Source of the DNA: Vicugna vicugna
Lineage: Eukaryota
Direction: 5' to 3'
Assembly (NCBI GenBank): GCA_013265495.1
Contig: MU058636.1
Coordinates: 9,108,239 to 9,172,238, forward strand
DNA length: 64,000 nucleotides
The position numbers were made by a program, and so were the translations under genes. This document shows positions 51,603 through 63,560 of this stretch, one piece after another. Positions within the stretch are counted from its first letter, which is position 1, and each line of letters opens with the position of its first letter. Under the pieces are notes generated by a model, which did no database searches, was not told where the DNA came from, and was given only the letters and a program-made list of their open reading frames with translations.

Positions 51603-54529
51603 CTGATAAGGAAGCAGGGTCTCCATTAGCAGTTACAATAAAGAATCTAAAATGTGCAGGGTATAGCTTAGATTTGTAATGAGTGTTTTAATTCAAAGCC
51701 GTGTTTTGTCCTACCTGGATTAAAACAGAGAGTTTATATAAGTAGGCTTATAAATTAAAATGTTGAATGGTACCCAGAATGTATCTTGTCTTTCAAGATT
51801 TAGTCAAGGTGAGGCTGGATTTTTTTCTGTGCTATATTCCTGTGGTGTTGAAATATAAAACAAGTAGTAACAAGAGAAAAGTCATTGATAACTATCAGTT
51901 TAATCCCAGAGCAAAGCTGTCAATCTTGATAAATTCTGCTGCTGTCAAGTGGGCAGCCATTTGTTATGTCTGGGAACTATTATACTCCAAGGGAGTGAGA
52001 CTTTATTTCCACCTCCTCTAAAAGCAGCAAAATATCCAGAAACTTGCATGGGTTAGTAAAAATCGCAGATAAAAACAGCAACAGGAAGACAGAGGGGAAC
52101 AGCAGAAAAAGCCTGGATGTTGGAATCAAGCAAATGCAGACGTCAGTTTGGCTCCGGTGTTTTCCAGTGAAGTGTGCCTGGGCAGGTGACTTAAACCCTC
52201 CTAAGTGTTCATTCTTCCAAGTGCCTCCTCCCCAGCCTGTCTTTGCTGCCTGAAAGAAACATGGAAGAAAGAAGTCCTGCCCCCAGAATAAAAATACTCC
52301 TATTAACACACCTACCTCAGCCTTCTCCTTGAAAGGTCAACCACGTGCGTTCCTTCAGCTGCTCACTACAGAGCTTGTTTTCAATCCATTATGAAATCAC
52401 TCCTCTTTTCTTTCTGGACGCTCTTCTTTTAGGATCTTGCTGAAGTCACAGGCTCTATAAACAAAACGGGACATAATAATAGGATGCAGTGAAGTTCTGA
52501 TCCTTCTTTGTTAAAAATCACTTTGGACCACGGAGCTTCTCTGTGAGTCTCATGCCATCTATAGTCTGTTTTCACCCTTAAGAATGTTTTCTATCTTCTC
52601 TGCAAATAGCAGTACTTTTCCGTCTTTTATACATGCAACTTCTCCAGTGAAAACCTTGCATGCAGCCTGCTTTATCCTCTTATATCTGCCCACTTCCCCC
52701 GTGTAGCAAGGGCATTCTGAATGCAAATCCTGCCCTTCAATGTGTTGTCTCCTCCACCAACTCTCGCGATAAAACACTTAGCTAAACTGACTACACTTTG
52801 CTGGAGTTTTTCAATCACAGTTCTATTTAATTCTTTAAGTTTAGTGTTTTGTTTTGTTTTTTCCTTGCCAGTACCATTCCTAACCAGAGAAGTTACTGCC
52901 CTGCTTCTGTAGCTGAGCTATTTAACTGTTGCTATCCTAAGTGAAAACTGGCAATTGTAGCTTTCAGTGAAGTTTCACCTGCCTGCAAGGTTTGTGTCAC
53001 ATGAGACTCAGAGATAAGAGAGGGTGAGATCTAAGAATTATTGAACCACCCAGTTCTTACCAGGTTTGTATTGCCTTCTGGGGGAAGATGGCCAGCTTGT
53101 GGTTTGAGTTTCTCCTGAAAGGATATTTCTGCTTTTGCATTGTTGCAAATAAATTTAATAACATAATCATGATGATCAACATAATAGGGGTGACCAGATT
53201 TGGTGCAAATCACTGAAATTTCAGGATCTTCTGATAAAATTCTAAAAGCCTCAGTCTAAACGAAGTGGCAATACAACCTAATAAAACATGTTGCTTACTC
53301 TCTCAGAGTGAAGCTCAGGGAAGGCTATCCTGTTTCCTCCAACTTTCTTGAGTTTGAACTTCAACATCTCCAACTACTGATACTTAAATATAGGTGATAT
53401 TTAAATATAGGTTAGAGAGAAGAAAATATATATTAAAGTAGATACAACTTTTGAGATATTTTCTTAATTTTCCTCATTAGTTTTAGGTTCTAGAGAAGAA
53501 GAAAAAATATCTAAAGTAGTAACGAAAACAGTAGCAATGATGATAATAGTAACAGCTAACATGTATTTAATGTTTACTCTATGCCTGTCATAACGGATCA
53601 GTACCTTACATATTTCCACTAAGTCTGTCCTCACAGCAACACTGAGACAAGTATGAATTTTGACCCCCTTTTTGGTGATGGGAAAGTTGAAGCAAAGAGA
53701 ATTCAAAGAACTTGCCCGAAAAGTCAATTCGCTTGTCAGCCTGTTCTCTTAACCACATCATGACACTTATCTGGACATTTCATTAAATGTCATTTAATTG
53801 GGTGAATGTGAGGAACGGTTATGGTCACAGGTGAAACTGCAGGAGAGGCAAATAAGCTTCTTTCTCTGTTCTCGGTAAAAGAGCAGAACCAGCCCCAGGT
53901 CTCCTTGTTCTCTGCCAGGTCCGCACAGCCCCGGCCAAGCGCCAGCGGACATCCCGTTCCCTCTGCTAGCGCTTTTCTAGACGTGCCACCTCAGCAAGGA
54001 AATCACTCTGCAAACAATTGCTTCTGCCAGGAACGGCATGAAGAAGGAGGGGAGTTTTTCCTTCAGTGTTCTCAGGAGAGAACTCTACCGCCTTGAAATA
54101 TTGCCAGGTCCTTGCATTTTCCTTTGTGATTACAAAGCTCTTTCTAACAGACTCGGAAAGGTCTCCGCCTTCCCTAACCTCCTACTGGCAGATGATTTAA
54201 CTTACAAGGGAGAGTTGCCAAACTGCAGGGATCACCTGAAACATCCAAGATAGTTGTCTGTGAACAACATATGAAGGGTTACTAAGTTTTCTGCAGTTTG
54301 ACTGCAACTAGCATTAGCTGATAGTAAGACTATTTCTGCTTAAGCCAAAATACAAAAGAGGAGAGTGTAAATTTTAAGCAAGACATTTCATTTTAACTAA
54401 TTATTTCTAAGACATCTTAACTATTACATGTAATCTTAAACATTACGTATCTCTAATAAACATGCTTGCTTCCAGATCTTTCCTGCTTTATTTCCCCTTC
54501 CTCTGTATAATAATTTAAAAGTACCTTAT

Positions 54530-54965
54530 AACAGAGTTATTCATAATAGCCCAAAACTGGAAATAACCCAAATGTTTATTCATCAGCGGATGAATGGATA
54601 AATAAATGTGGTAAATGCCTACAACACGATGCTCTTCAGCAATGAAAGTACTGAAACACGCCACAGTGTGCATGAACCTGGAAAACAGTATGCTGAGTGA
54701 AGGAAGCCTATCTCAAAAGACCATGTATTGTATGATTCCATTTATGTGAAATGTACAAAATATACAAGGACGGAGAGACAGAAAGTAGGCTGGTGTTTGC
54801 CAGCAACTGGGGCAGGAGGACGGAATAAGGGGGTGACTGCTAATGGAAGTGATGAAAATGTCCTGAAGTTGATTGTGATGAAAATTGCACAACTCCCTGA
54901 ATATATTCAATACCATTGATTTGTCCACTTTAAGTAGGTAAGTTAGATGGCATGTGAAGCAAAAA
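54530..54965 (+). mobile_element. Old L1 3' region (L1MB/L1MC-like)
   Basis: ttattcataatagcccaaaactggaaataacccaaatgt...gatgaatggataaataaatgtggta...tgtatgattccatttat. Confidence 0.8.
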
Positions 54966-55239
54966 GGACTTTAAGTATAGTAGGCTGAGAATTATGGAAT
55001 TTGTCTTAAGGATTTCGGCTGCCTATCTTTTGTTGCAAAGGAAGGAAAGTGTAGTAACAAGTATTGAATTGCTCTAAAATGAGGGGAGAGGACAGTGGTG
55101 TTATGAATGCTGTCATGATTTCCTCAGTGATTACTCCAAATCTTCAGTTAAGTGAAAGGAGAAAATGGCTTGTAGAAAATTAGCCTCGTTTAATTAGCAA
55201 CACTGAATCGCGCTGACAGATATCATTTTATTGTTTTAG

Positions 55240-55432
55240 GTCCTAAACCTAGTGCAGTCCTACGTGACTCTTCGAGTCCCTCTGTATGTCTCCTACGTGT
55301 TCCATTCCCCCGTCGGGGTGGGAGGCTGGCAGCATTTTGACCTGAAGTCAGAGCTTCGTCTAACTTTCGTGTACGACACTGCCATCTTGTGGACCGATGG
55401 CATTGGCAGCCCCCCAGAAGCCGAACTCCAAG
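55240..55432 (+). CDS. FREM2: FREM2 exon 17 (193 nt)
   Basis: gttttag|GTCCT...CAAG|gtgagt; [41 protein letters not shown]...PPEAELQ. Confidence 0.96.
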
Positions 55433-55634
55433 GTGAGTGAACAGGATCTTGGAAGCCTAGCTTTCTCACCTATTTGAATTATTTAAGAGAATTTTTTTTA
55501 CTGTGGGTAAAAAAAATAGGAGCAACTTTCAGTATCATTTTTATTATTTTTAAATAATTTCATTTTTTGTTTATGCCCATTATAAAATTCTGGTTTTTGA
55601 AGTGAAAAAAAAGAAAAGAAAAAGTGAATGAAGG

Positions 55635-55812
55635 GCCACAAATGGCAAACTATTGTTCTTTGTTGTGGGTGAGTTGTACTCCATTACATATATATGTAGC
55701 ATCTTCTTTATCCATTCATCTATTGATGTACAGTTAGGATGCTTCCACAGCTTGGCAATTATAAATAATATTGCTGTTAGTAGCGGGGTATATGTATCTT
55801 TTTGAATTAGTT
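55635..55812 (-). mobile_element. L1 ORF2 3' fragment, antisense
   Basis: catcttctttatccattcatctattgatg...gcttccacagcttggcaattataaataat. Confidence 0.75.
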
Positions 55813-57373
55813 CTTATTTTGTGGTTGGCTTTTTTCCTGTGATAACTATGTAAGTTAAAAAAGCTAAAGCTCTAAACGTTCTTAGAAACAGTGAACAGTA
55901 CGTATATGTAAATTTTTAAAATGTGTGCAGTATATTGTGTGTATGTATTTACATGTAATATATTGTATATGTGCTGTCAAATTGTAACAATCTACCTAAT
56001 AAAAATGAAAAAAAAATTCATTTTTGTCACAGAAAAACTATTTTAACTGAAGCATATCAATACCTCAATTTCTGCATAATAGGTGACTGGTAAATGTAAT
56101 TACCTGAAAGGTGATAAATCACTGATGTGTTACTCAGTACAACCTATACACATCTCTAGAGTTTGGAAAATGGGTAGAGGAAGTTCCAGTTGAAAGTAAG
56201 GAATGAACCCAAGAGAAAAAGTTGCGCATGTTTATTTCTGAAGCTGAGAGATGCATTTTAAAGCCCACGATAAATGTGTGTCCTGAATTCTAGTTCTGGG
56301 TCTACAGCGAACTAGCTGTGTGATCTCAAACGTGTTCTTAACCTTCGGCACTCAGTTTGTTATGAAAGATGGACCAGACTTCTAATACTCTTTAAATATT
56401 TTAAAAATTCTGTTGTTCTGTAATACTTAGGCTGGATGTCTTACGACAGTGGTGGTGAATGCCACTAAGTATTGGGCTGCACATAAGCACCTGCAAAACT
56501 TTGTCTCAATCTCAATGTCAGAATCATAATTCAAAATCCGCAAGCGTAAAACGACTTAACCCCCTAGTAGAATGAGTGCTGTTCCTTTCCAGACGTGCAC
56601 TGCTCTTCTGGTTCCGTGCATGTCTGACCATCACGCCTGCATCACTTTTTATGAGCCAGAGGGAAATACTCAGAGGGCATCTCAAAATCGGTTCTCTTAA
56701 ACAGATTAAAATTCCCTTAAAGCTATGTGGAAAATATTACAATCACCCTGAATAATCATTCTCGATCATTTCAGATGTTTTCATCCTGTATGTTGTCTTA
56801 GAAAATGTATGTTTAAGTGAATCTTACTGCAGACCCATCTCTTGGTTCTCAGCTTCTACATAAAGATCTTGTGTTTCCTTCTCGTGTCTGGAGCCAACTT
56901 TGGTCAATTTTCTACATTTCTTGGGAAGGCTTCAGAGTTTTCATTCAGCCTATAACATTTGGAATTATTCTGGAGAACACAAACCCATTTCCACCTATGT
57001 GTCCAAGTCTTCAAAATGTGACGAGTTCATCCTGCCTCCCCATTTACAGCTTCATTCCTGTGGCCTAGAGCTTTAAAACCTATCTTGGCCTGCTGTGTTC
57101 AATCTGTATATTTCACATGGACCTCATTCATGTGACCTAATTCTATTTTGCTTGCCTTCCAGGCACCACTTTCTTGTTAGGGGAAAAAAAAAAAAGAAAG
57201 AAAGAAAACAAAAATATTTCTGCCTCTCTGACCACTCAGAATTTTTCTGATAATACCCTTTGGCTAGCATGCTTAAAGACAAGATGAATCTGAATTTGTT
57301 TTTGGAAGAAACCCTGTACATGAGGAGTCCCTGGTCACCAATATGTCCACTCTTGTGTGCCACCCCACCCTAG

Positions 57374-57478
57374 GTTCTCTCTATCCAACCAGCATGCGCA
57401 TCGGAGAAGAGGGGCGCCTGGTCGTGAACTTCAAGACGGAGGCTCAATTCCATGGCTTGTTTGTCCTGTCACATCCTG
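57374..57478 (+). CDS. FREM2: FREM2 exon 18 (105 nt)
   Basis: accctag|GTTCT...CCTG|gtaagc; [34 protein letters not shown]. Confidence 0.95.
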
Positions 57479-58827
57479 GTAAGCCCCGTTGCCCAGTAAA
57501 AGCCACTCCCCACACAACCAGGATACCGTTTTCCCACATTACACATATTTCAGCATGCTTCCCTATGGGTTTGGAAGCCCTTAATTTCAAATGAGTTGCG
57601 TCTGCACAGATGCCTACAGGAGGGCTTGACAATTGTTCAGCTACGTCCTAGAAGCTACAAAATACAAAAATACAGAACGGTTCAAGTACACATAAAAGAA
57701 AACTCTATTCAGTGGATTTAAAGTGAAGTTTTACTTCCTCGGAGAGCTGAACCACACCATTCCCATCCCCTGCTTCAAATGTGTTGTCCCAAAATTTGAA
57801 TTTTAGGTCATTCATTCGGCAAGCACAGCTCTTTTCTAGATACTGTAAACCTTTACAATGGAGTCAGAAGTGCCACTTCACTATTATACTTAAGTGTCAG
57901 GCATGTTAACTAATTATCTTAAGTATCACCTGTGAAATCTCACTGATTTGATGGACTGTGCTGTGAATATCAGCAACGTGGCAGTCACTGAAGTCCCATG
58001 TCTAAGCTTTTCTTTTAATACAAAGGACACTTCATTAGAAATGATTTTTTATTTGATTCTTCTCATTACTAAACTGGTTTGCACATTTTACCCGTGTGCC
58101 AACTCCTGTCAGATTGGAAGGGAAAACAGTTCATGCACTGTCTTCTGTGTCTTTCCTTTTTCCGGGTGGGAGCGCTACACAGTGGCTGACAGTTCAGGAA
58201 GAGAAAGAAGGTTTGCTGTATTTTTATGAGACTGAGCTCCAAAATACAGAATCAAAAAGAATCATTTTGCTTTATTGTAATTGACCATTCTGGAAAATGA
58301 GGATTTCCTGGTCTTTAAAGTTCCCTTCCACATGTCTACCTTTCTAATAAACTGAATCTTTGTTTAGCCACAATTGAGTCAATCTAATTAAAAATAGATG
58401 CCTTTTATAAGTCGGGTTTGCCCTGCTCTGTGGATGCTAATAGACTGAATTTCAGCTCATAGTTTCAGTGCACAATAAATGCATTCACATCCGCCTTTAT
58501 TGAACTGCTCTGCCTCCCTGGAAAGTAGCCCTGAACTATTTGAGCATTTCTGTACAATTCTCTTTTGACAGAATTATGGAGTGGAAAAGCACTGAGTTAG
58601 GAATCAGAAGGCAGACATCCTGGCTGTGTGATCTTGGGAGAGTCACACAGTCACTCTCAGCCCAATTTCTTTATCAGCGAAATGAGGATAATTACACCAA
58701 CCCTGCTACTTTGCAGGCTTATTATAAGAATAGATGCAAATAAGATATCATAAGGCACTTTGAAAACTCTAAGCTATCATGCGCCCTTTTAGCCACTATC
58801 TCATTATTGTTATTGGTGCTTTTCTAG

Positions 58828-58955
58828 CATCCTTCACAAGCTCCATGATCATATCAGCTGATCATCCAGGTCTTACATTTTCCCTGCGCCTCATAAGGAG
58901 TGAACCAACCTATAACCAGCCAATCCAGCAATGGAGCTTTGTCTCTGACTTTGCA
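58828..58955 (+). CDS. FREM2: FREM2 exon 19 (128 nt)
   Basis: tttctag|CATCC...TGCA|gtaagt; [42 protein letters not shown]. Confidence 0.95.
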
Positions 58956-59057
58956 GTAAGTGACTAAGGCTCTCACTGAATTTTCTTTTTCTGCTGCTTT
59001 TGATTGCACCGCAGATTCTTTTAAAATGAAAAACCCACATGTCCTCTCTTCTTAAAG

Positions 59058-59192
59058 GTACGTGACTACTCGGGGACCTACACTGTAAAACTGTTGCCCT
59101 GCACCACTCCAGCACATCAGGAGTACCGGCTGCCTGTCTCCTGCAACCCCAGAGATCCTGTCACTTTTGACCTTGACATCCGATTCCAACAG
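59058..59192 (+). CDS. FREM2: FREM2 exon 20 (135 nt)
   Basis: cttaaag|GTACG...ACAG|gtgtgt after a 102-nt intron; [45 protein letters not shown]. Confidence 0.95.
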
Positions 59193-59953
59193 GTGTGTCT
59201 CATAGAATTCTTTTTCTGTGGAGAAGCCTACTTTGTTAAAGCCATGGTTTACTTGAATCAGTTAAAAAAAACCTCACCCAATGGCTTCCATTCTTGCAGG
59301 CTGAGAAAAAAAAGAAGTCAGATAGGAAAGGAGCAAGGGAGGAAGGAAGGAGAAAAGAATTGCCCTTTATCAGTTGTTGGCTCAGAATATAAAACCCACA
59401 GTTTAAGAGTACACAAGGGTTATTATTACTGTTTTTTTCTTATGTGATCTGGTCTCCTCCTGGAGTTTGCTGCCTTGGAGATTTGAGAATTTTCCCCAGA
59501 GTTCTGCATTTCTTCGTCTTGTTCTTGATCATCAAGGGAGAATAAATATCCTGTAGTTTATGCCGCTTCAAATTACCTAATTGCCATTGTGTATTAAAAG
59601 AAATGTGAGGGCGCCTTTTGCCCAAGAACTTATACTAAATGTTGGTATTTATCAACTGACTGTGATATTCACAGTCCCTTACACATCCCCTTAAACCAGT
59701 GGAAATGAGCTCAAGCAATGCAGGTTAGTCCCATTCAAAAATGGTCTAACCATGACAGTTTTGCCTTCTTAAGAAGATACAAAACTAGTAACACAATTCC
59801 CTGGGTTGGTTTGGTTTGGTTGGACATGAAAATCGCAGTGTTCAGTGTTCTGCCTGTCAGTGTACAATGCGTGTGTGTATCTGTGGATAATGTATGTGTG
59901 CACCACCGGAACCATCAACAACACATAAAAGGGGCTTTTACACTTGGTTTTAG

Positions 59954-60080
59954 GTCAGTGATCCAGTGGCTGCTGAGTTTAGCTTGAACACCCAAATGTA
60001 CCTTCTCTCCAAGAAAAGTCTCTGGTTGTCTGATGGATCCATGGGATTTGGGCAAGAGAGCGATGTTGCTTTTGCAGAAG
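59954..60080 (+). CDS. FREM2: FREM2 exon 21 (127 nt)
   Basis: gttttag|GTCAG...GAAG|gtatca; [42 protein letters not shown]. Confidence 0.95.
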
Positions 60081-60947
60081 GTATCACTTTACGAATGAGA
60101 GGCCTGCTCCATCTGTTTGCCATTGTATCTGTTGTCCTTTGCTTTCTTGGGTTCGTGTTTGAGGGGGAACATTACAACCTGTTTGTGGGTTTGAGAATAT
60201 AACTCTGGCTTTATCATTTTGGCAGGGATGGGGGAGGGGGTCACTGAAGTTGGATATATGTTACAGGATGGTTTTTATGCTGGGGAAGTTAACCTCTATT
60301 TCTAAGTGAGTTTTGGAACAAGTCTGGATTTTTTCCTTGGATTTTTTTTCAATTTGTGTGCCCTCAAGTACTGCAGCTACCTGAGAATGGAGCTCGTGGG
60401 CAACAGTTGTACCTGTCTTGCTCAGTGGTATATTCCCAGAGCCTAACAAAACACCTAGCACACATGGTAGGAGTTGGGTAATAGCTGTGAGATAGGTGAT
60501 TAAATACCAGGGCTTTTCCTTAAACCCTCTGTCTGACTCAGGCAAAGCTAACTCAGCTTTTTACTGATGTTTTCTTTTTTTAGTGTCATTCTATACTAAT
60601 TTGGCTACATCTCGCCAGCTAATTTATTTATATAAACTGGACTTTAACTACAATGAGATGTTATGAATGTTAAATTAGAGGCATTGCCTTGAGGTTCTTC
60701 CCACTACCAGCTGAGCATGGGGGTCCTTAAATCTTCAGTACTTGTGGTCGTCTCAGAGCGGTCTCCTCTGAGGCCTGGGAAGGGACCAGATCGTGAAACT
60801 AACACAAAAAGGTCTTCAACATTCGATGCCAGATCAGGAAGAGAAGGAAGTACTCTCTAGTGTCGTTTTTGTCACAAACTGTTCGCAGTGCCACATAGAC
60901 GCACCTTGTCACTTAACAGAAATAGCCTCCCCACATCTCTGTTTCAG

Positions 60948-61135
60948 GTGATACCATTTATGGTCGGGTCATGGTGGATCCTGTCCAGAATCTGGGTGAT
61001 TCCTTTTACTGCAGCATTGAGAAGGTGTTCCTGTGCACCGGAGCGGACGGCTATGTTCCCAAGTATAGTCCAACGAATGCAGAATATGGCTGCCTGGCAG
61101 ATTCTCCTTCACTTTTGTACAGATTTAAAATTGTG
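60948..61135 (+). CDS. FREM2: FREM2 exon 22 (188 nt)
   Basis: gtttcag|GTGAT...TGTG|gtaagt; [39 protein letters not shown]...LLYRFKIV. Confidence 0.96.
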
Positions 61136-61347
61136 GTAAGTGCTTTGACCCAAACAATGAACTAGGTAGATACTCAAAGTTAAGCAGTTTTGTCTTAGAC
61201 TTTTAAAACAAGAGCATCTTTTCGAATGAAACCAAATGACATTTTATGGTAATGGTCACTTGCACAAAACTAGTAGGAAAACCTTCAGCGCTTGCAAAAG
61301 TTGGCAGTAATTAGCTGCAGCAATCCTCATTTGCTTATTGTCTAAAG

Positions 61348-61494
61348 GACAAAGCTCAGCCAGAAACACAAGCCACCAGTTTTGGAAATGTCCTGTTTAA
61401 TGCCAAACTGGCCGTGGATGACCCGGAAGCTGTTCTCTTAGTGAATCAGCCTGGATCTGATGGATTTAAAGTTGACTCAACGCCACTCTTTCAG
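61348..61494 (+). CDS. FREM2: FREM2 exon 23 (147 nt)
   Basis: tctaaag|GACAA...TCAG|gtgagc; [49 protein letters not shown]. Confidence 0.95.
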
Positions 61495-62439
61495 GTGAGC
61501 CAATGACACATTCACTACAACAGCTAGGTAACCACATGCAAGTCGCTTCACATCTGAAGGCTCAGCCATCTCATATGTAGAAGGCAGTGGTCGTAATAAT
61601 GCACGGAGTTAATGTGAACATTCTATAAATGTTAGCTATTATTATGTTTATTCAGATATTAATATTATGTTAAGCCTATATGTCATGAAGACGCTTATTC
61701 AGCCCAGAATCGAAATCTAAATCTGATGATTATTGGGAACCCTGCCCTTCTTACTCAGAACCTCCTTTCAGTTGACTTTTCATGACCACTGTTCTTGGAG
61801 TGATCACGTGTGAACTGCTGGACTAAGAAAAACAATTGTGCACAGCCCAGAATTGTCCATTCTTAAAGACTTCATAGACCAAGATAGAGAGCCCAAAGCT
61901 AGAGAGAGAAGGCAGAAGGAGACCCAGGAGACCACAACAGCGAGCAGACAAATGAGACAGATTTGGAGATGTATTCACAAGGATGTGGATCCTTGGGGGA
62001 GCAAGTGCATCTTTTAGGATATTTACTAAAAATTGTCCAGACCAGATGGGCTGGAGAAATATGTTATCCTTATTCTGCCAAAAGAGGGAAGCTTGAGGAA
62101 GCACGTCTATTATTCTGAATCTTTTCCAAGCAAGAAGTTGAAGTATGATTTTTTTTAAATTTTGTTTTTGTTTTTACTGTTAACTCTCAAAGCATTTGAC
62201 CTCTCCTAAATCCTGAAGGCTTCAAGGAGCCGTCAGAAAATGCCTTCTTTTCACAGACCCTGGAAAAGCAGAAAAACTGACCTTTCCATGGCCTTCTGTG
62301 TAAATATGCAGCCAGCCATACTGGGAGAGAGTCCTGAGCTGCGGAAGGTCTGAGCTCTTGTCCTGCCGCTGAGACTAACTAGTTCAGGGACATTGGAAAT
62401 TCACTCCATGCTACGTGTTCTCATTTACTCATTTTTTAA

Positions 62440-62622
62440 AATTTTTATACGATTTTTAAAGGTTACACTCCATGTACCGTTATTACAAAATGTTGACTGT
62501 ATTCCCAGTGTCGTACAGTACATCCTTGTAGCCCGTCTTACACCCAGTAGTTTGCCCCTCGGACGTCCCCATCCCCATGCCCCCCGCCACTGGTAACCAC
62601 TAGTTTGTTCTCTGTAACCGTG
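62440..62622 (-). mobile_element. LINE-1 3' UTR fragment, antisense, with TSD
   Basis: ctggtaaccactagtttgttctct motif. Flanking direct repeat tcatttact(c/a)attttttaa at 62421-62439 and 62623-62641. Confidence 0.85.
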
Positions 62623-62929
62623 TCATTTACTAATTTTTTAAGTGAGTACGTTAGCCTGTGTGATTTAGAGTTCCCTACAGCTCTGACAAGTCATAGCTTA
62701 CCGATTACTTACCAGCACATGGTCCCTTAAGAGCTGCACAGAACATTCTAGAGTGCTTTACGCAAAGCCTTGCACATCTACACACGTAAACATCTCAGGT
62801 GGATGAATTCTGCAGACCAAATTAAATTATCGTTTATTATCTCTGCCATTCGTTTCTCTTGCAAAGAGTCGCGAGGTTTCAGGTTGGCACAGTATGCAAT
62901 GTTCTGATGAACGGAGCGGTGTGTTCTAG

Positions 62930-63439
62930 GTGGCGCTGGGCCGAGAATGGTACGTACACACCATCTACACGGTAAGATCCAAAGACAACGCCGACCGGGG
63001 CCTCGGCAAGCGGAGCGCCGAGCGCCGACACCACTCTCTGGGGAGCAGAGGGACGCCCCAGGCAGCCGCCCGGAGCAGGAAGAGGAGGCAGCTCGGGAGC
63101 GCGCCGCCGCTGGCGTGGGAAATCGGCGCCGGGAACAACCGCGGGACGAACCTCCAGCACATCGCCCTGGACCGCACCGGCAGGAGGCAGGCCGCCCCGG
63201 GGAGGGTGCCCCCCGGCGGCGTCCTCCCCCGGGAGCCCGGCAGCCCCGGCTCGGCGGCGCGCCTGCTCGCGGCGGCGGGCGGCGTCGCGGTGGGACTGCT
63301 GGCCGTGGGGGTCACGGCCGCGGCGGCGGTGCTGATGTCCAGGCGCAGGCGGCGCGCCCGGAGGAAGCCCGCGGGCGCGGGCGGCAGCGAGCCCATGATG
63401 CGCGCGCGGGGCCGCCCCAGCGACAGCTCTGAGGTCTGA
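62930..63439 (+). CDS. FREM2: FREM2 terminal coding exon 24 (furin-like RSRKRR, TM helix, PDZ-binding SSEV, stop)
   Basis: gttctag|GTGGCG; VALGREWYVHTIYTVRSKDN...RGTNLQHIALDR...hydrophobic 63263-63337...SDSSEV*. Confidence 0.95.
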   Translation: MALGREWYVHTIYTVRSKDNADRGLGKRSAERRHHSLGSRGTPQAAARSRKRRQLGSAPPLAWEIGAGNNRGTNLQHIALDRTGRRQAAPGRVPPGGVLPREPGSPGSAARLLAAAGGVAVGLLAVGVTAAAAVLMSRRRRRARRKPAGAGGSEPMMRARGRPSDSSEV

Positions 63440-63560
63440 CGAGCGCAGGCGGGACTCGGCCTTTTCTTCGGGGGCCCGGGAGAAGACCTAGGCACCCGAC
63501 TGCTTCGGAGAACTGGGGACTTCGGTGACAAAGCTGCTCGGAGGGTCTGACTGTGCTCGT
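62985..63560. promoter_or_regulatory. CpG-island-like GC-rich segment over the terminal exon
   Basis: Very dense CG dinucleotides (e.g. gcggcggcgggcggcgtcgcgg) against AT-rich flanking introns. Confidence 0.75.

Noticed and set aside
5362..63439. FREM2 pseudogene, or the paralogues FREM3/FRAS1
   Set aside because: The spliced frame has no stops or frameshifts, and the exon sizes and the TM + SSEV tail match FREM2 as I know it.
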